A DNA stretch of 60,351 nt from a virus (taxonomy: Duplodnaviria > Caudoviricetes), in IMG/VR virus record IMGVR_UViG_3300048833_000402, positions 1 to 60,351 of that record. One strand, given 5' to 3'. Numbering within the stretch: position 1 is the first letter of the stretch; each line of letters begins with the position of its first letter. Shown in pieces: positions 36,848-46,394 of the stretch. Under the pieces are notes generated by a model. It saw nothing but the letters and a program-made list of their open reading frames with translations. It made no database searches and was not told where the DNA came from. The position numbers were made by a program, and so were the translations under genes.

Positions 36848-36980
36848 GGTGGAGCCCTCCTGGGGTCGGCGCGATGCGGCCTGTTGATGGGACCAGATTC
36901 GCTCTGCAGAGGAAGACAATCAACCGGAACGATTATCTTTTCCTGTTTATTTTCCATATCTTGACGGGCCACACAGCGCC

Positions 36981-37517
36981 ATGAAAGGCATGAGCGAACG
37001 CGAGTACGCGGCCCATTCAGGCCTGTCTCGCGGCGGGGTGCAGAAGGCGCGCAAGAACGGGCGGCTGGTGGTGCATGACGACGGGTCGATCAACGCCGCG
37101 GCCTCGGATGTGCGGCGGGCGGAGATGACGGACCCCGACCAGCAGCGGCGCAGCTTGGGTAGCGAAACCCTCGCCAGCGGTGCGGGCGAGACCTCGTCCT
37201 ACATCAAGGCCCGGACGCTGCTGACGGTCTATGCCGCGCAGGACAAGCAGATTGCGGTCCAGAAGAAGAAGGGCGCGCTGGTCGACCGTGCGCGGGCGGA
37301 AACGCTGGTGTTCCGCCTGGCGCGGCAGGAACGGGATGTCTGGGTCACCTGGCCCGGACGGGTGGCCGCGCTGATGGCGGCGCAGATCATGGCGGAGGTG
37401 GAACGGCAATCCGGGGCATCGGTGACGATCGAGACCGCGATCATGCAGAGGGTGCTGGAAGCCCATGTCCGCGAACAGCTCGACGCCCTCGCCGACCTCC
37501 GGGTCTCGCTTGCATGA
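36981..37517 (+). CDS. Terminase small subunit (Nu1-like)
   Basis: N-terminal HTH GMSEREYAAHSGLSRGGVQKA; KKGALVDR..AE...F.LARQERD.W; directly precedes the large subunit. Confidence 0.75.
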   Translation: MKGMSEREYAAHSGLSRGGVQKARKNGRLVVHDDGSINAAASDVRRAEMTDPDQQRRSLGSETLASGAGETSSYIKARTLLTVYAAQDKQIAVQKKKGALVDRARAETLVFRLARQERDVWVTWPGRVAALMAAQIMAEVERQSGASVTIETAIMQRVLEAHVREQLDALADLRVSLA

Positions 37518-39516
37518 TGAGGACGATGACAACGATCTGACGGCCGACCTCGACCTCGGTTTCGACGGCGCCGAGGATCTGCTGCGGGTCTGGCGGCAGG
37601 GCCTGCGGCCCGATCCGAACCTGACGGTATCGGAATGGGCGGATCAGCATCGCTGGCTGTCGTCGCGGGGCGCGGCCGAGCCGGGGCGGTATCGCACCGC
37701 CCGCGCGCCCTATCTGCGCGAGATCATGGATGTGCTGTCGCCCGGCCATCCGGCGCAGCGCATCACCTTCATGAAGGCGGCGCAGGTCGGGGCAACGGAA
37801 GCGGGCAACAACTGGATCGGCTTCGTCATCCATCACGCGCCAGGCCCGATGCTGGCGGTGCTGCCATCCTTGGAACTGGCGAAGCGGACGTCTCGCGGTC
37901 GTCTTGACCCCCTGATCGCGGATAGCCCCGCCCTGCGCGAACGGGTGAACCCGGCCCGATCCCGCGATGCGGGCAATTCGATGCTGTCGAAGGAATTCCC
38001 CGGCGGCATCCTGGTGCTGACCGGCGCGAACAGCGCCACCGGCCTGCGGTCGATGCCCGCGCGCTATGTCTTCCTCGACGAGGTGGACGCCTACCCGGCC
38101 TCGGCCGACGAGGAGGGCGATCCGGTCACGCTGGCCGAGGCGCGGACGACGACCTTCTCGCACCGGCGCAAGGTGTTCATGGTCTCGACGCCCACGATCC
38201 GGGGGCTGTCACGCATTGAGCGCGAGTTCGAGGCTAGCGACCAGCGGCGTTACTTCGTGCCCTGCCCGCATTGCGGCGCGATGCAGTGGCTGCAATTCGA
38301 CCGCCTGCGCTGGGCGAAGGGAAAGCCGGAAACGGCCGCCTACCATTGCGAAGCATGCGAACGCCCCATCGCCGAGCACCACAAGACCGAGATGCTGGCC
38401 CGCGGCGAATGGCGGGCGACGGCGGTTTCCAAGGATCCGAAGGCCATCGGTTTCCACCTCTCCGCGCTCTATTCGCCCTTGGGCTGGAAAAGCTGGTCCG
38501 ACGTCGCGCGGGAATGGCTGGCGGCGCAAGGGTCGGACGCAACACTCCGTGCGGCGCGCAACACGCTGCTCGGCGAGACATGGGTCGAGAGCGGCGACGC
38601 GCCAGAATGGCAGCGGCTGGCGGATCGGCGCGAGGCGTGGAAGCCGGGCACCGTGCCGATGGCCGGGCTGTTCCTGACCGCGGGCGCTGACGTCCAGAGG
38701 GACCGGATCGAGGTCGATGTCTGGGCCTGGGGCCGGGGCTTGGAAAGCTGGCTCGTCGATCACATCGTCATTCCGGGCGGGCCCGACGATCCCGCTGCAT
38801 GGGACAAGCTGACGGCGCTGTTGGGGAAGAGCTGGCAGCATGCGAACGGTGCCTTCATGACCGTGGCGAGACTTGGCATCGACACCGGTTATGAGGCGGC
38901 GGCCGTCTACGCCTGGTCGCGCAAGGTCGGCTTCGAACAGGTGGCGCCGCTGAAGGGGCTTAAGGGCTTCAACCGGTCGGCGCCAGTTTCTGGCCCGACC
39001 TATGTCGATGCGACCATCGGCGGGAAGCGTCTGCGCCGCGGGGCGCGGCTTTGGTCGGTGGCGACGGCGACGTTCAAAGCGGAGACCTATCGGTTCCTGC
39101 GGATCGAGCGGCCAAGTGATGAGGACCGGGCGCTGGGCGTGCTGGACGCCCCCGGCACGATCCATCTTCCCGGCTGGGCGGACACCGAATGGCTGAAGCA
39201 GCTGGTGGCCGAACAGCTGGTCACGATCCGCAACAAGCGCGGCTATGCCCATCAGGAATGGCAGAAGATGCGCGAGCGGAACGAGGCGCTGGACTGCCGG
39301 GTCTATGCCCGTGCCGCCGCATGGATCCTCGGTGCCGACCGCTGGGACGATGCCAGATGGCGGCGGCTCGAGGCACAGGCGGGCGTGGAAACCCGCCTGC
39401 CAGCAGCTATCCCGACTGACGCCGCACCACCAGATCCGGCCCAGCCCAAGGCCGGAACGCTCACCACGCCGCGCCGGAAACGGCGGGCGTACACCCCGAA
39501 CTTCATGAGGGACTGA
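37510..39516 (+). CDS. Terminase large subunit, lambda GpA family
   Basis: TVSEWAD.HR, PYLREIMD, MKAAQVGATE, FLDEVDAYP, STPT, VPCPHCG, RNEALDC. Confidence 0.93.
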   Translation: MHDEDDDNDLTADLDLGFDGAEDLLRVWRQGLRPDPNLTVSEWADQHRWLSSRGAAEPGRYRTARAPYLREIMDVLSPGHPAQRITFMKAAQVGATEAGNNWIGFVIHHAPGPMLAVLPSLELAKRTSRGRLDPLIADSPALRERVNPARSRDAGNSMLSKEFPGGILVLTGANSATGLRSMPARYVFLDEVDAYPASADEEGDPVTLAEARTTTFSHRRKVFMVSTPTIRGLSRIEREFEASDQRRYFVPCPHCGAMQWLQFDRLRWAKGKPETAAYHCEACERPIAEHHKTEMLARGEWRATAVSKDPKAIGFHLSALYSPLGWKSWSDVAREWLAAQGSDATLRAARNTLLGETWVESGDAPEWQRLADRREAWKPGTVPMAGLFLTAGADVQRDRIEVDVWAWGRGLESWLVDHIVIPGGPDDPAAWDKLTALLGKSWQHANGAFMTVARLGIDTGYEAAAVYAWSRKVGFEQVAPLKGLKGFNRSAPVSGPTYVDATIGGKRLRRGARLWSVATATFKAETYRFLRIERPSDEDRALGVLDAPGTIHLPGWADTEWLKQLVAEQLVTIRNKRGYAHQEWQKMRERNEALDCRVYARAAAWILGADRWDDARWRRLEAQAGVETRLPAAIPTDAAPPDPAQPKAGTLTTPRRKRRAYTPNFMRD

Positions 39517-39731
39517 TGGACCTGGAACGCATGCAGGCCCTGCTCACGGCGCTGCAGGAAGCCCGCTTCGCCGGGCTGCGCAGCGTCAGCTATGACGGCA
39601 AGACCGTGACCTATGGCTCGGACGCCGAACTGGCCGCGGCGATCAGGGATCTGGAAGGGCGCATTGCCTCGGCCAGCGGCACCACTACACGCCGCCGTCG
39701 CTGGGGCACCGTCGCGACGAAGGGCCTTTGA
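39516..39731 (+). CDS. Head-tail joining protein (gpW-like)
   Basis: SVSYDGKTVTY.SDAEL..AI..LE; lies between terminase and portal. Confidence 0.8.
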   Translation: MDLERMQALLTALQEARFAGLRSVSYDGKTVTYGSDAELAAAIRDLEGRIASASGTTTRRRRWGTVATKGL

Positions 39732-41245
39732 CCATGGTGTTCGACGCCTTCCGCGCACGGCTCGGCTCGATCATCGGCGGGTTTGACGCGGCGCAGTCCC
39801 ATCGCCGCATGCGCGGATTCCGGGCCACCCGCGCCCATGTGAACACGCTGATCGCAGCCTCGGGCGAGACCATCACCGCGCGGGCGCGCTGGCTCGTGCG
39901 CAACAACGGCTATGCCGCGAACGCCGTCGATGCCTTTGCGAACCATGTGGTCGGTGACGGCATCAAGCCGTCCTCGAAGATCGCCGATGCCGCAAAGAAG
40001 GAGGAGCTGCAGAAGCTGTGGCTCGCCTGGACCGATGAGGCCGATGCAGAGGGACTGACCGACTTCTTCGGGCTCCAGCGCCGGGCGGCGCGGGAGGTGT
40101 TCCTGGCAGGCGAAGTCTTCCTGCGCATCCGCGCCCGGCGACCGGAGGATGGCCTGACCGTGCCGATGCAGCTGCAGATGCTGCCCTCGGAAATGCTGCC
40201 CCAGGACATGACCCGGATCCTGCCCGGCGCGGGATCGATCCGACAGGGCATCGAGTTCGACGGCATCGGCCGCCGCGTTGCCTATCACTTCCTGCGCCGC
40301 CATCCCGGCGACAGTACCGATCCGGGGCTGGCCGGGGAAACGGTGCGCGTGCCCGCATCCGAGGTCATCCACATCCTCGACCCGGTCGAGGCGGGCCAGC
40401 TGCGCGGCGTCTCGCGCTTTGCGGCGGCCATCGTGAAGCTCTTCACCCTCGACCTCTACGACGATGCCGAACTGGAGCGGAAGAAGACCGCGGCAATGTT
40501 CGCGATGTTCATAACCTCCCCCGCCCCGGAAACAGCTCTCGATCCGGCCGAGGACGATCTTGAGGTCGAACCGGGCCAGGTGGTGCGGCTGGACCCCGGC
40601 GAGGACGTGACCACGCCATCCACCCCGGACTCGGGCAGCACCTATGAGCCGTTCCAGTACCGCACCCTCCTGCAGATCGGCGCGGCGCTGGGCGTGCCCT
40701 ATGGCTATCTGACGGGCGATACCGCGAAGGGGAACTTCTCCAACACGCGCATCGCGCTCGTGGATTTCCGCCGCCGTATCTCGGCCTTCCAGCATTCGGT
40801 GATGGTCTATCAGTTGTGCCGGGCGGTCTGGATGCGCTGGATGGACATGGCGGTGCTGGCAGGCGCCATCGACCTGCCGGGGTTTGCCACCGACCGGCGC
40901 GCTTACCTCGCCTGCGACTGGCTTCCGACAAAGTGGGACTGGATCGACCCGGCCAAGGATGCCTCGGCGGAGATCCTCCAGATCGAGGCGGGCCTGAAAT
41001 CCCGCACGCAGGCCATCGCCGAGCGCGGCTACGACGCTGAACAGGTCGACCGGGAAATCGCGGCGGAACGGAAACGCGAGGCCGAGCTGGGTCTGGACTT
41101 CCGGCGGCCGGGGTCCCCGGCGCAGGCTGCCGATGGCGGTGCCGGGCCGGGTGATGCTCGGGGCCAACGGCAGGATCAGCAGGAGGACGGCAATCAGGAA
41201 GAGGATGACGAGGACCGGGACCCTCGGCCCGCGGAGGACGCATGA
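39728..41245 (+). CDS. Portal protein, lambda family
   Basis: ARARWLVRNNGYA, QGIEFD..GRRVAYH, GQLRGVS, LTGD...NFSNTR, WDWIDPAKD. Confidence 0.93.
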   Translation: MTMVFDAFRARLGSIIGGFDAAQSHRRMRGFRATRAHVNTLIAASGETITARARWLVRNNGYAANAVDAFANHVVGDGIKPSSKIADAAKKEELQKLWLAWTDEADAEGLTDFFGLQRRAAREVFLAGEVFLRIRARRPEDGLTVPMQLQMLPSEMLPQDMTRILPGAGSIRQGIEFDGIGRRVAYHFLRRHPGDSTDPGLAGETVRVPASEVIHILDPVEAGQLRGVSRFAAAIVKLFTLDLYDDAELERKKTAAMFAMFITSPAPETALDPAEDDLEVEPGQVVRLDPGEDVTTPSTPDSGSTYEPFQYRTLLQIGAALGVPYGYLTGDTAKGNFSNTRIALVDFRRRISAFQHSVMVYQLCRAVWMRWMDMAVLAGAIDLPGFATDRRAYLACDWLPTKWDWIDPAKDASAEILQIEAGLKSRTQAIAERGYDAEQVDREIAAERKREAELGLDFRRPGSPAQAADGGAGPGDARGQRQDQQEDGNQEEDDEDRDPRPAEDA

Positions 41246-42555
41246 TGCACCACACCCAGATCGCCCAGCGCGTCTTCAACACGCCCCTGATGGTCGATCC
41301 CGCCAAGGCGCTGGCCTTCCTGACGGGGCTTGGCCCCCGGATCGCGGGGCGGGAAATCAGCGTCGAGGGGGCGGAAATCGCGGCGGAAGCGCTGGATACC
41401 GCCAGCCTGCCCGCCCGGGCGTCGTTGTTCGGTGATGACCTGACCAACCGCCAGGCGCGCAACGGTAGCCAGCCCTTCGCCGTCGTGGACGGGATCGCCG
41501 TCATCGAGATCGCGGGCACGCTGGTGCACCGCGGGGCGTGGATTGGGCAATCCTCCGGGCTCACCTCCTATGAGGGGATTGCCGCACAACTGCAGGCGGC
41601 GCTGGCCGATCCCGCCATCCGCGGTATCGCCCTCGACATCGACAGCTTCGGTGGCGAGGTCGCGGGGGCCTTTGATCTCGCCGACCGCATCCGGGCCGTC
41701 CGGACGCAAAAGCCGGTCCATGCCTTCGTCGCTGACCACGCCCTGTCCGCCGCCTATGCGCTGGCTTCCCAAGCCGACCGGATCATCCTGCCCCGCACCG
41801 GCTCCGTCGGCAGCATCGGTGTGGTAGCCATGCACAGCGACATGAGCGGGGCGCTGGACCAGAAGGGCATCGCAGTGACGCTGATCCACGCAGGCGCCCG
41901 CAAGGTCGATGCGAACCCCTATCAGCCCCTGCCCGAGGCCATCCGCACCCGGATCGCGGGCGAGTTGGAAGATCTGCGCCAACTCTTCGCCGAAACCGTC
42001 GCCGAAGGTCGCGGGCGCCGCCTCGACACAAGCCAGGCGCTGGGCACCGAGGCGGCCGTCTTCCGCGGCGAGGCGGCGGTCTTTGCCGGTCTCGCCGATG
42101 AGGTGGCCGATCCCGTCACCGCCTTCCGCGCTTTCGCCGCCGCACCCCGCGGCACAACCACCCCCAGAGGAAAGGGCTCGATGATGACCACTGCCCCCGA
42201 AGACCATGCGCAGCTTCCGGCCGCGCCTGCCGCCAGCACCCCGTCGGAGCCGCCCCCGCCCGCGGCAATCGCACCGCCGCAGACGGCGGCGGCCGAGATG
42301 TCGCCCGAAGCAATCCGGGCCGAGGCGGCCGAGGTCGCGCAGGTCTGCGCGCAGGCCGCGCGTCTGGGCATCCAGATCGACGCCGCCGATGCCGTCGCCA
42401 AGGGCGTGAAGCCCGAGGCGTTGCGCGCCAAGGTCCTGGCCGATCTCGCAGCGCGTAGCGACGCGGCGGGCATCATTGCAACCGCCCCGGCGGCAGGGGC
42501 GAAGGAAAGCCCCATCGTGGCTGCCGCCAAGAAATCGGCTGCCGCCTCGCGCTGA
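41242..42555 (+). CDS. Head maturation protease, S49 family (gpC-like), with a C-terminal scaffold region
   Basis: LDIDSFGGEV, ALSAAYALASQAD, GSIGV, GLADEV; Pro/Ala-rich C-terminus. Confidence 0.9.
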   Translation: MMHHTQIAQRVFNTPLMVDPAKALAFLTGLGPRIAGREISVEGAEIAAEALDTASLPARASLFGDDLTNRQARNGSQPFAVVDGIAVIEIAGTLVHRGAWIGQSSGLTSYEGIAAQLQAALADPAIRGIALDIDSFGGEVAGAFDLADRIRAVRTQKPVHAFVADHALSAAYALASQADRIILPRTGSVGSIGVVAMHSDMSGALDQKGIAVTLIHAGARKVDANPYQPLPEAIRTRIAGELEDLRQLFAETVAEGRGRRLDTSQALGTEAAVFRGEAAVFAGLADEVADPVTAFRAFAAAPRGTTTPRGKGSMMTTAPEDHAQLPAAPAASTPSEPPPPAAIAPPQTAAAEMSPEAIRAEAAEVAQVCAQAARLGIQIDAADAVAKGVKPEALRAKVLADLAARSDAAGIIATAPAAGAKESPIVAAAKKSAAASR

Positions 42556-42628
42556 TACCGGCACGGACCACTCCGCGCTGCGTTGTTGCGCGGCGCACCC
42601 CTTCCCCCAACATCGTGGAGACTGAACC

Positions 42629-43009
42629 ATGCCCGTCCTGACGGAACCGCCCAGCAAGGGCGATGTCCTCAAATATGAGGTCAACCCGAACTACACCCGC
42701 GAGGTGGTGACGCTGCTCGCGGGCATGCCCTATCCCGTGGGCGCCGTCCTCGGCCGCATCACCGCCAGCGGCAAATACAAGCTCGCGACCAGCGGCGGCA
42801 CCGATGGCGCGCAGACTGGCACGGCCGTCCTCCTCTATGCCGTCGATGCGACATTGGCCGATGCCGTGGGCATCGTCGTCGCCCGCGGCCCGGCCATCGT
42901 CTCGCGCGCAGCGCTGGCCTACGACGCCACCGTCGATGATGCCGCAAAGATCACCACCAAGATCGGCCAGCTGGCAGCGGTCGGCATCGTCGCCCGCGAC
43001 GGCGTCTGA
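42629..43009 (+). CDS. Head decoration protein (gpD-like)
   Basis: YTREVVTL..G..YPVGAVLGRITASGKY; between protease and capsid genes. Confidence 0.85.
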   Translation: MPVLTEPPSKGDVLKYEVNPNYTREVVTLLAGMPYPVGAVLGRITASGKYKLATSGGTDGAQTGTAVLLYAVDATLADAVGIVVARGPAIVSRAALAYDATVDDAAKITTKIGQLAAVGIVARDGV

Positions 43010-43057
43010 CGCCGCTCACCCGGCCGCGCCAAACCCTTCATCCCCCGGAGCCCCACC

Positions 43058-44083
43058 ATGACCCTCGTCCGCAATCCCTTCGACGCTGGCGGCTATTCGC
43101 TGGCCGAGATGACGCAGGCCATCAACATCCTGCCCAACCTCTACACCCGCCTCGCCCAGATCGGCCTCTTCCGCTTCGAAGGTGTCAGCCAGCGCTCGGT
43201 GATCATCGAGCAGTACGAGGGCGTCTTGAGCCTTCTGCCCTCCGTCCCTCTCGGCGGCCCGGCCACGGTCGGCACCCGCGAGGGACGCTCCATGCGGTCC
43301 TTCGCCCTGCCGTGGATCCCGCATGACGATGTGGTCCTGCCTGCCGACATCCAGGGGCAGCCAGCGCTGGGCGGCGCTTTCGATGCGGCCGATCCTCTCG
43401 TCGAGGTGATGAACCGCAAGCTGCTCCTCATGCGGCGCAAGCATGCCCAGACCCGCGAATACATGGAGATGAACGCACTGCGCGGCATCGTGAAGGACGG
43501 GGCCGGGACCACCCTCTACAACTACTTCACCGAATTCGGCCTGGCGCAGATCTCGGTGGACTTCGTGCTGGGCACGGCTGGCACCAACGTGCAGGGCAAG
43601 GTCCGCGAGGTGCTGCGCGCCATCGAGGACAACCTCTTGGGCGAGGCGATGACTTCGGTCCATGCCCTCGTCAGCCGCGAGTTCTTCGACAAGCTGATCG
43701 CGCACCCGAAGACGGAAGAGGCCTACAAGTTCTACGCCTCGACCGGCGCCCAGCCGCTGCGCGAGGATGTCCGTCGCAACTTCCCCTTCGGCGGGATCCT
43801 GTTCGAGGAGTATTCCGGCACCGTCACCCTCTCGACCAAGGCCACCGAACGGCTGGTCCCGGCGAACGAGGGGATCGCCTTCCCGCTCGGCACCATGGAC
43901 ACTTTCACCACCTATGGCGGCCCGGCCAACCTGCTGGAAACCGCCAACACCATCGGCCTGCCGCTCTATGCCCGGCAGCATCTCGACGAGAAGGGCCGCT
44001 GGATCGACGTGATGACCGAGGCCTCGATCCTGCCGGTGAACAAGCGGCCCCGGCTGGCGATCCGGCTGCACACGTCGAACTGA
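43058..44083 (+). CDS. Major capsid protein, lambda gpE family
   Basis: MTQAINILPN, TREYMEMNALRG, FDKLIAHP, FGGILFEEY. Confidence 0.9.
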   Translation: MTLVRNPFDAGGYSLAEMTQAINILPNLYTRLAQIGLFRFEGVSQRSVIIEQYEGVLSLLPSVPLGGPATVGTREGRSMRSFALPWIPHDDVVLPADIQGQPALGGAFDAADPLVEVMNRKLLLMRRKHAQTREYMEMNALRGIVKDGAGTTLYNYFTEFGLAQISVDFVLGTAGTNVQGKVREVLRAIEDNLLGEAMTSVHALVSREFFDKLIAHPKTEEAYKFYASTGAQPLREDVRRNFPFGGILFEEYSGTVTLSTKATERLVPANEGIAFPLGTMDTFTTYGGPANLLETANTIGLPLYARQHLDEKGRWIDVMTEASILPVNKRPRLAIRLHTSN

Positions 44084-44094
44084 CGGACCCACCG

Positions 44095-44409
44095 ATGTCC
44101 GTCTTCGTCGCCGCCATGGACCGTATCTTCACCCATGCCTCCATGGCGGCCCCGGCCCTCTGGATCTCGGCCACCACATCCGAGGAACGCCCGATCCGCA
44201 TCATCCGCCGCGCGCCCGACCGCGTCACCGACTTCGGCGCGGGGCGGTTCGTCAGCGACACGACGGTGGTGGATGTGCGCGTCGCCGACCTGCCCGACCC
44301 GCGCCCGGGCGATGTGATCGTCATCGGTGCCGAGAGCCATGTGATCCAGGGGGAACCGCTGCGCGACCGCGAACGGCTGATCTGGACTCTCGACCTGCGC
44401 CCGGCGTGA
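44095..44409 (+). CDS. Head-tail joining/closure protein (gpFII-like)
   Basis: P.PGD.I.IG...VIQGEP.RDRERL.WTLD; position after the capsid gene. Confidence 0.7.
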   Translation: MSVFVAAMDRIFTHASMAAPALWISATTSEERPIRIIRRAPDRVTDFGAGRFVSDTTVVDVRVADLPDPRPGDVIVIGAESHVIQGEPLRDRERLIWTLDLRPA

Positions 44410-44413
44410 CACG

Positions 44414-45037
44414 ATGAAACTGAAGCTCACCATCGATCCTGACATCTTCGCGATGATGCAGGCGGAAATCGCTGCGGGCGAGAAGGCCGTCACCACCGCC
44501 ATGCGCGAGGCGGGCGCGGGCCTGAAATCCGCCTGGCGCGGCCAGATCACCGGCGCGGGCCTTGGCACCCGGCTTGGCAACTCGATCCGGCTGGCCACCT
44601 ATCCGAAGGGTGGCAAAAGCCTGAACGCCGCAGCGCTGGTCTGGTCGAATGCCCCGGTGATCGTCGGCGCGCATGACGCTGGGCCGCTCATCCGGTCCAA
44701 GGGTGGGTTCTGGCTGGCCATCCCCACCCCGGCGGCGGGAAAATCCACCCGTGGCGGCCGTATCACCCCCGGCGAATGGGAGCTCCGCACCGGCCTGCGC
44801 CTGCGCTTCATCTACCGGCGCCGGGGGCCGAGCCTGCTGGTGGCCGAGGGGCGCCTGAACAGCAAGGGCCGTGCTGTGGCGTCCCGCGCGAAAACCGGCC
44901 GCGGTCTGACCACTGTGCCGATCTTCCTCCTGGTGCCGCAGGTCAAGCTACGCAAACGACTGGATCTGGCGCGCGATGCCGAGCGGGCTATCGACGCCGT
45001 GCCGGGGCGGATCGTGACAGGGTGGCATCAGGTGTAG
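44414..45037 (+). CDS. Tail completion protein (DUF6441 / gpZ-like)
   Basis: Basic protein, WRGQITGAGLG.RL...VPIFLLVPQVKL.KRLDL; position in the tail operon. Confidence 0.7.
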   Translation: MKLKLTIDPDIFAMMQAEIAAGEKAVTTAMREAGAGLKSAWRGQITGAGLGTRLGNSIRLATYPKGGKSLNAAALVWSNAPVIVGAHDAGPLIRSKGGFWLAIPTPAAGKSTRGGRITPGEWELRTGLRLRFIYRRRGPSLLVAEGRLNSKGRAVASRAKTGRGLTTVPIFLLVPQVKLRKRLDLARDAERAIDAVPGRIVTGWHQV

Positions 45038-45834
45038 GTGCCGTCGCGATCTTCCTGATAGTCTCCAACCACCCAAATGAAACTCTGGATATCGATACGG
45101 TCTCGCGGCTGCAGATCAGATAGTTCGCGACTGGTTCGCTCCACAAGGTCCAGCAGGCTGGCATAGACATCAATGTTCAGGCGCGCCTCGTAGTTGGACG
45201 CGAAGGGATGGCCCACTCGTGCAGCAAAGTCCTTTGTGACCTCGGGCTTGAGAAACATATGTCTATCGGGGCGCCAGAGGTACGGCAGATAGGTCACAAC
45301 CGTCCACTTGGCGCAATCATGGGGCTTGAGGGCCGCTTCGAGTCGGCCAAGGCTATTCTTGTCCGCATTCTCGGTAAATTCAGCGGCCGCCCGAATGACG
45401 GCATCGGAACTTGGGCCTCGAAATACGTCCTGCAACCGCGTCTTTTCAAAAGGTGAAAGCATATTTGTCGCACGAAAAACCGACAAGATCGCTTCGCCGT
45501 ATCCTGATCCGGTTATCGCCATTTCCAGGGGCGCAGTCGCATCCAGCTTGTTCTTTGCGGCCAGCTTGTAGTCCCGCTCCTGCGCGGCATAGCCCTCTGA
45601 ATGAAAACCGTTCGGAAAAAACTTCAGGAAGCGGCTTCGAGCGCCCGAGTAGCCGAAATACTTCGGATCAGATTTGCCAGCTTCGTCGTGCAGTTGCTGC
45701 CAGACGCGATCCGCATCGGTGCCTTCCACGCAGACTTTGCCATCGGCAAGCCCATAGAATTTGCCGTCTTTCTCCGCCAGCCTCAGCGCCCGCTTGCCGA
45801 GATTGCCTTGGCGAATTGTCCTGGCTGCGCCCAT
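45028..45834 (-). CDS. Antisense moron inside the tail operon, hypothetical 268-aa protein
   Basis: Lower GC, opposite strand, inserted between two tail genes; ends PRDRIDIQSFIWVVG. Confidence 0.7.
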   Translation of the reverse strand: MGAARTIRQGNLGKRALRLAEKDGKFYGLADGKVCVEGTDADRVWQQLHDEAGKSDPKYFGYSGARSRFLKFFPNGFHSEGYAAQERDYKLAAKNKLDATAPLEMAITGSGYGEAILSVFRATNMLSPFEKTRLQDVFRGPSSDAVIRAAAEFTENADKNSLGRLEAALKPHDCAKWTVVTYLPYLWRPDRHMFLKPEVTKDFAARVGHPFASNYEARLNIDVYASLLDLVERTSRELSDLQPRDRIDIQSFIWVVGDYQEDRDGTYT

Positions 45835-45948
45835 GCCTGTGCTCCGCTGATCAACCTAAGGGCAAAGCATAGCCGCTGATGCCTTCATAAAGAAAGACCT
45901 GCACAGGTCTGGCCTCCAAACACGTCACTGTCTGCCAGCTAAAGAAAA

Positions 45949-46371
45949 ATGCCCACCGCCCGCGAAACCGTCCTCGCCGCACTGCTCGCGCGGCTGCAGC
46001 CACTTGCCGCCCTCACCCTGCGTGACGAGGTGCTGCCCGAGCGGATCCCCGCGGTCGGGCTGATCATCCTGCGCGATGGCCAGCCGGGCGAGCCGGAAGT
46101 GACCCTGTCGCCCCTGCGCTACCACTACCAGCACCGGGCCGAGCTGGAGGTCTTTCTCCAGGCGGGCACCGGCCGGGCCATCGCCTTCGACGACTTGGTC
46201 GCCGCCATCGGCGCGGCGATTGAAGCCGACCCCACCCTTGGCGGCCTCTGTGACTGGGTGGAACCCGAGGCCCCTGCCTCGGTCGATCTGCCTGTCGAGG
46301 GCGCGGCGGCGCTGAAGGCGGCGGTGATCACCGTCGTCCTGCACTACACCACCACCGGCCCTCTGGCCTGA
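45949..46371 (+). CDS. Tail terminator protein (gpU-like)
   Basis: RETVLAAL, ADPTLGGLCDW; immediately upstream of the tail tube gene. Confidence 0.7.
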   Translation: MPTARETVLAALLARLQPLAALTLRDEVLPERIPAVGLIILRDGQPGEPEVTLSPLRYHYQHRAELEVFLQAGTGRAIAFDDLVAAIGAAIEADPTLGGLCDWVEPEAPASVDLPVEGAAALKAAVITVVLHYTTTGPLA

Positions 46372-46394
46372 CATCCCCCACATAGGAGACCCCC

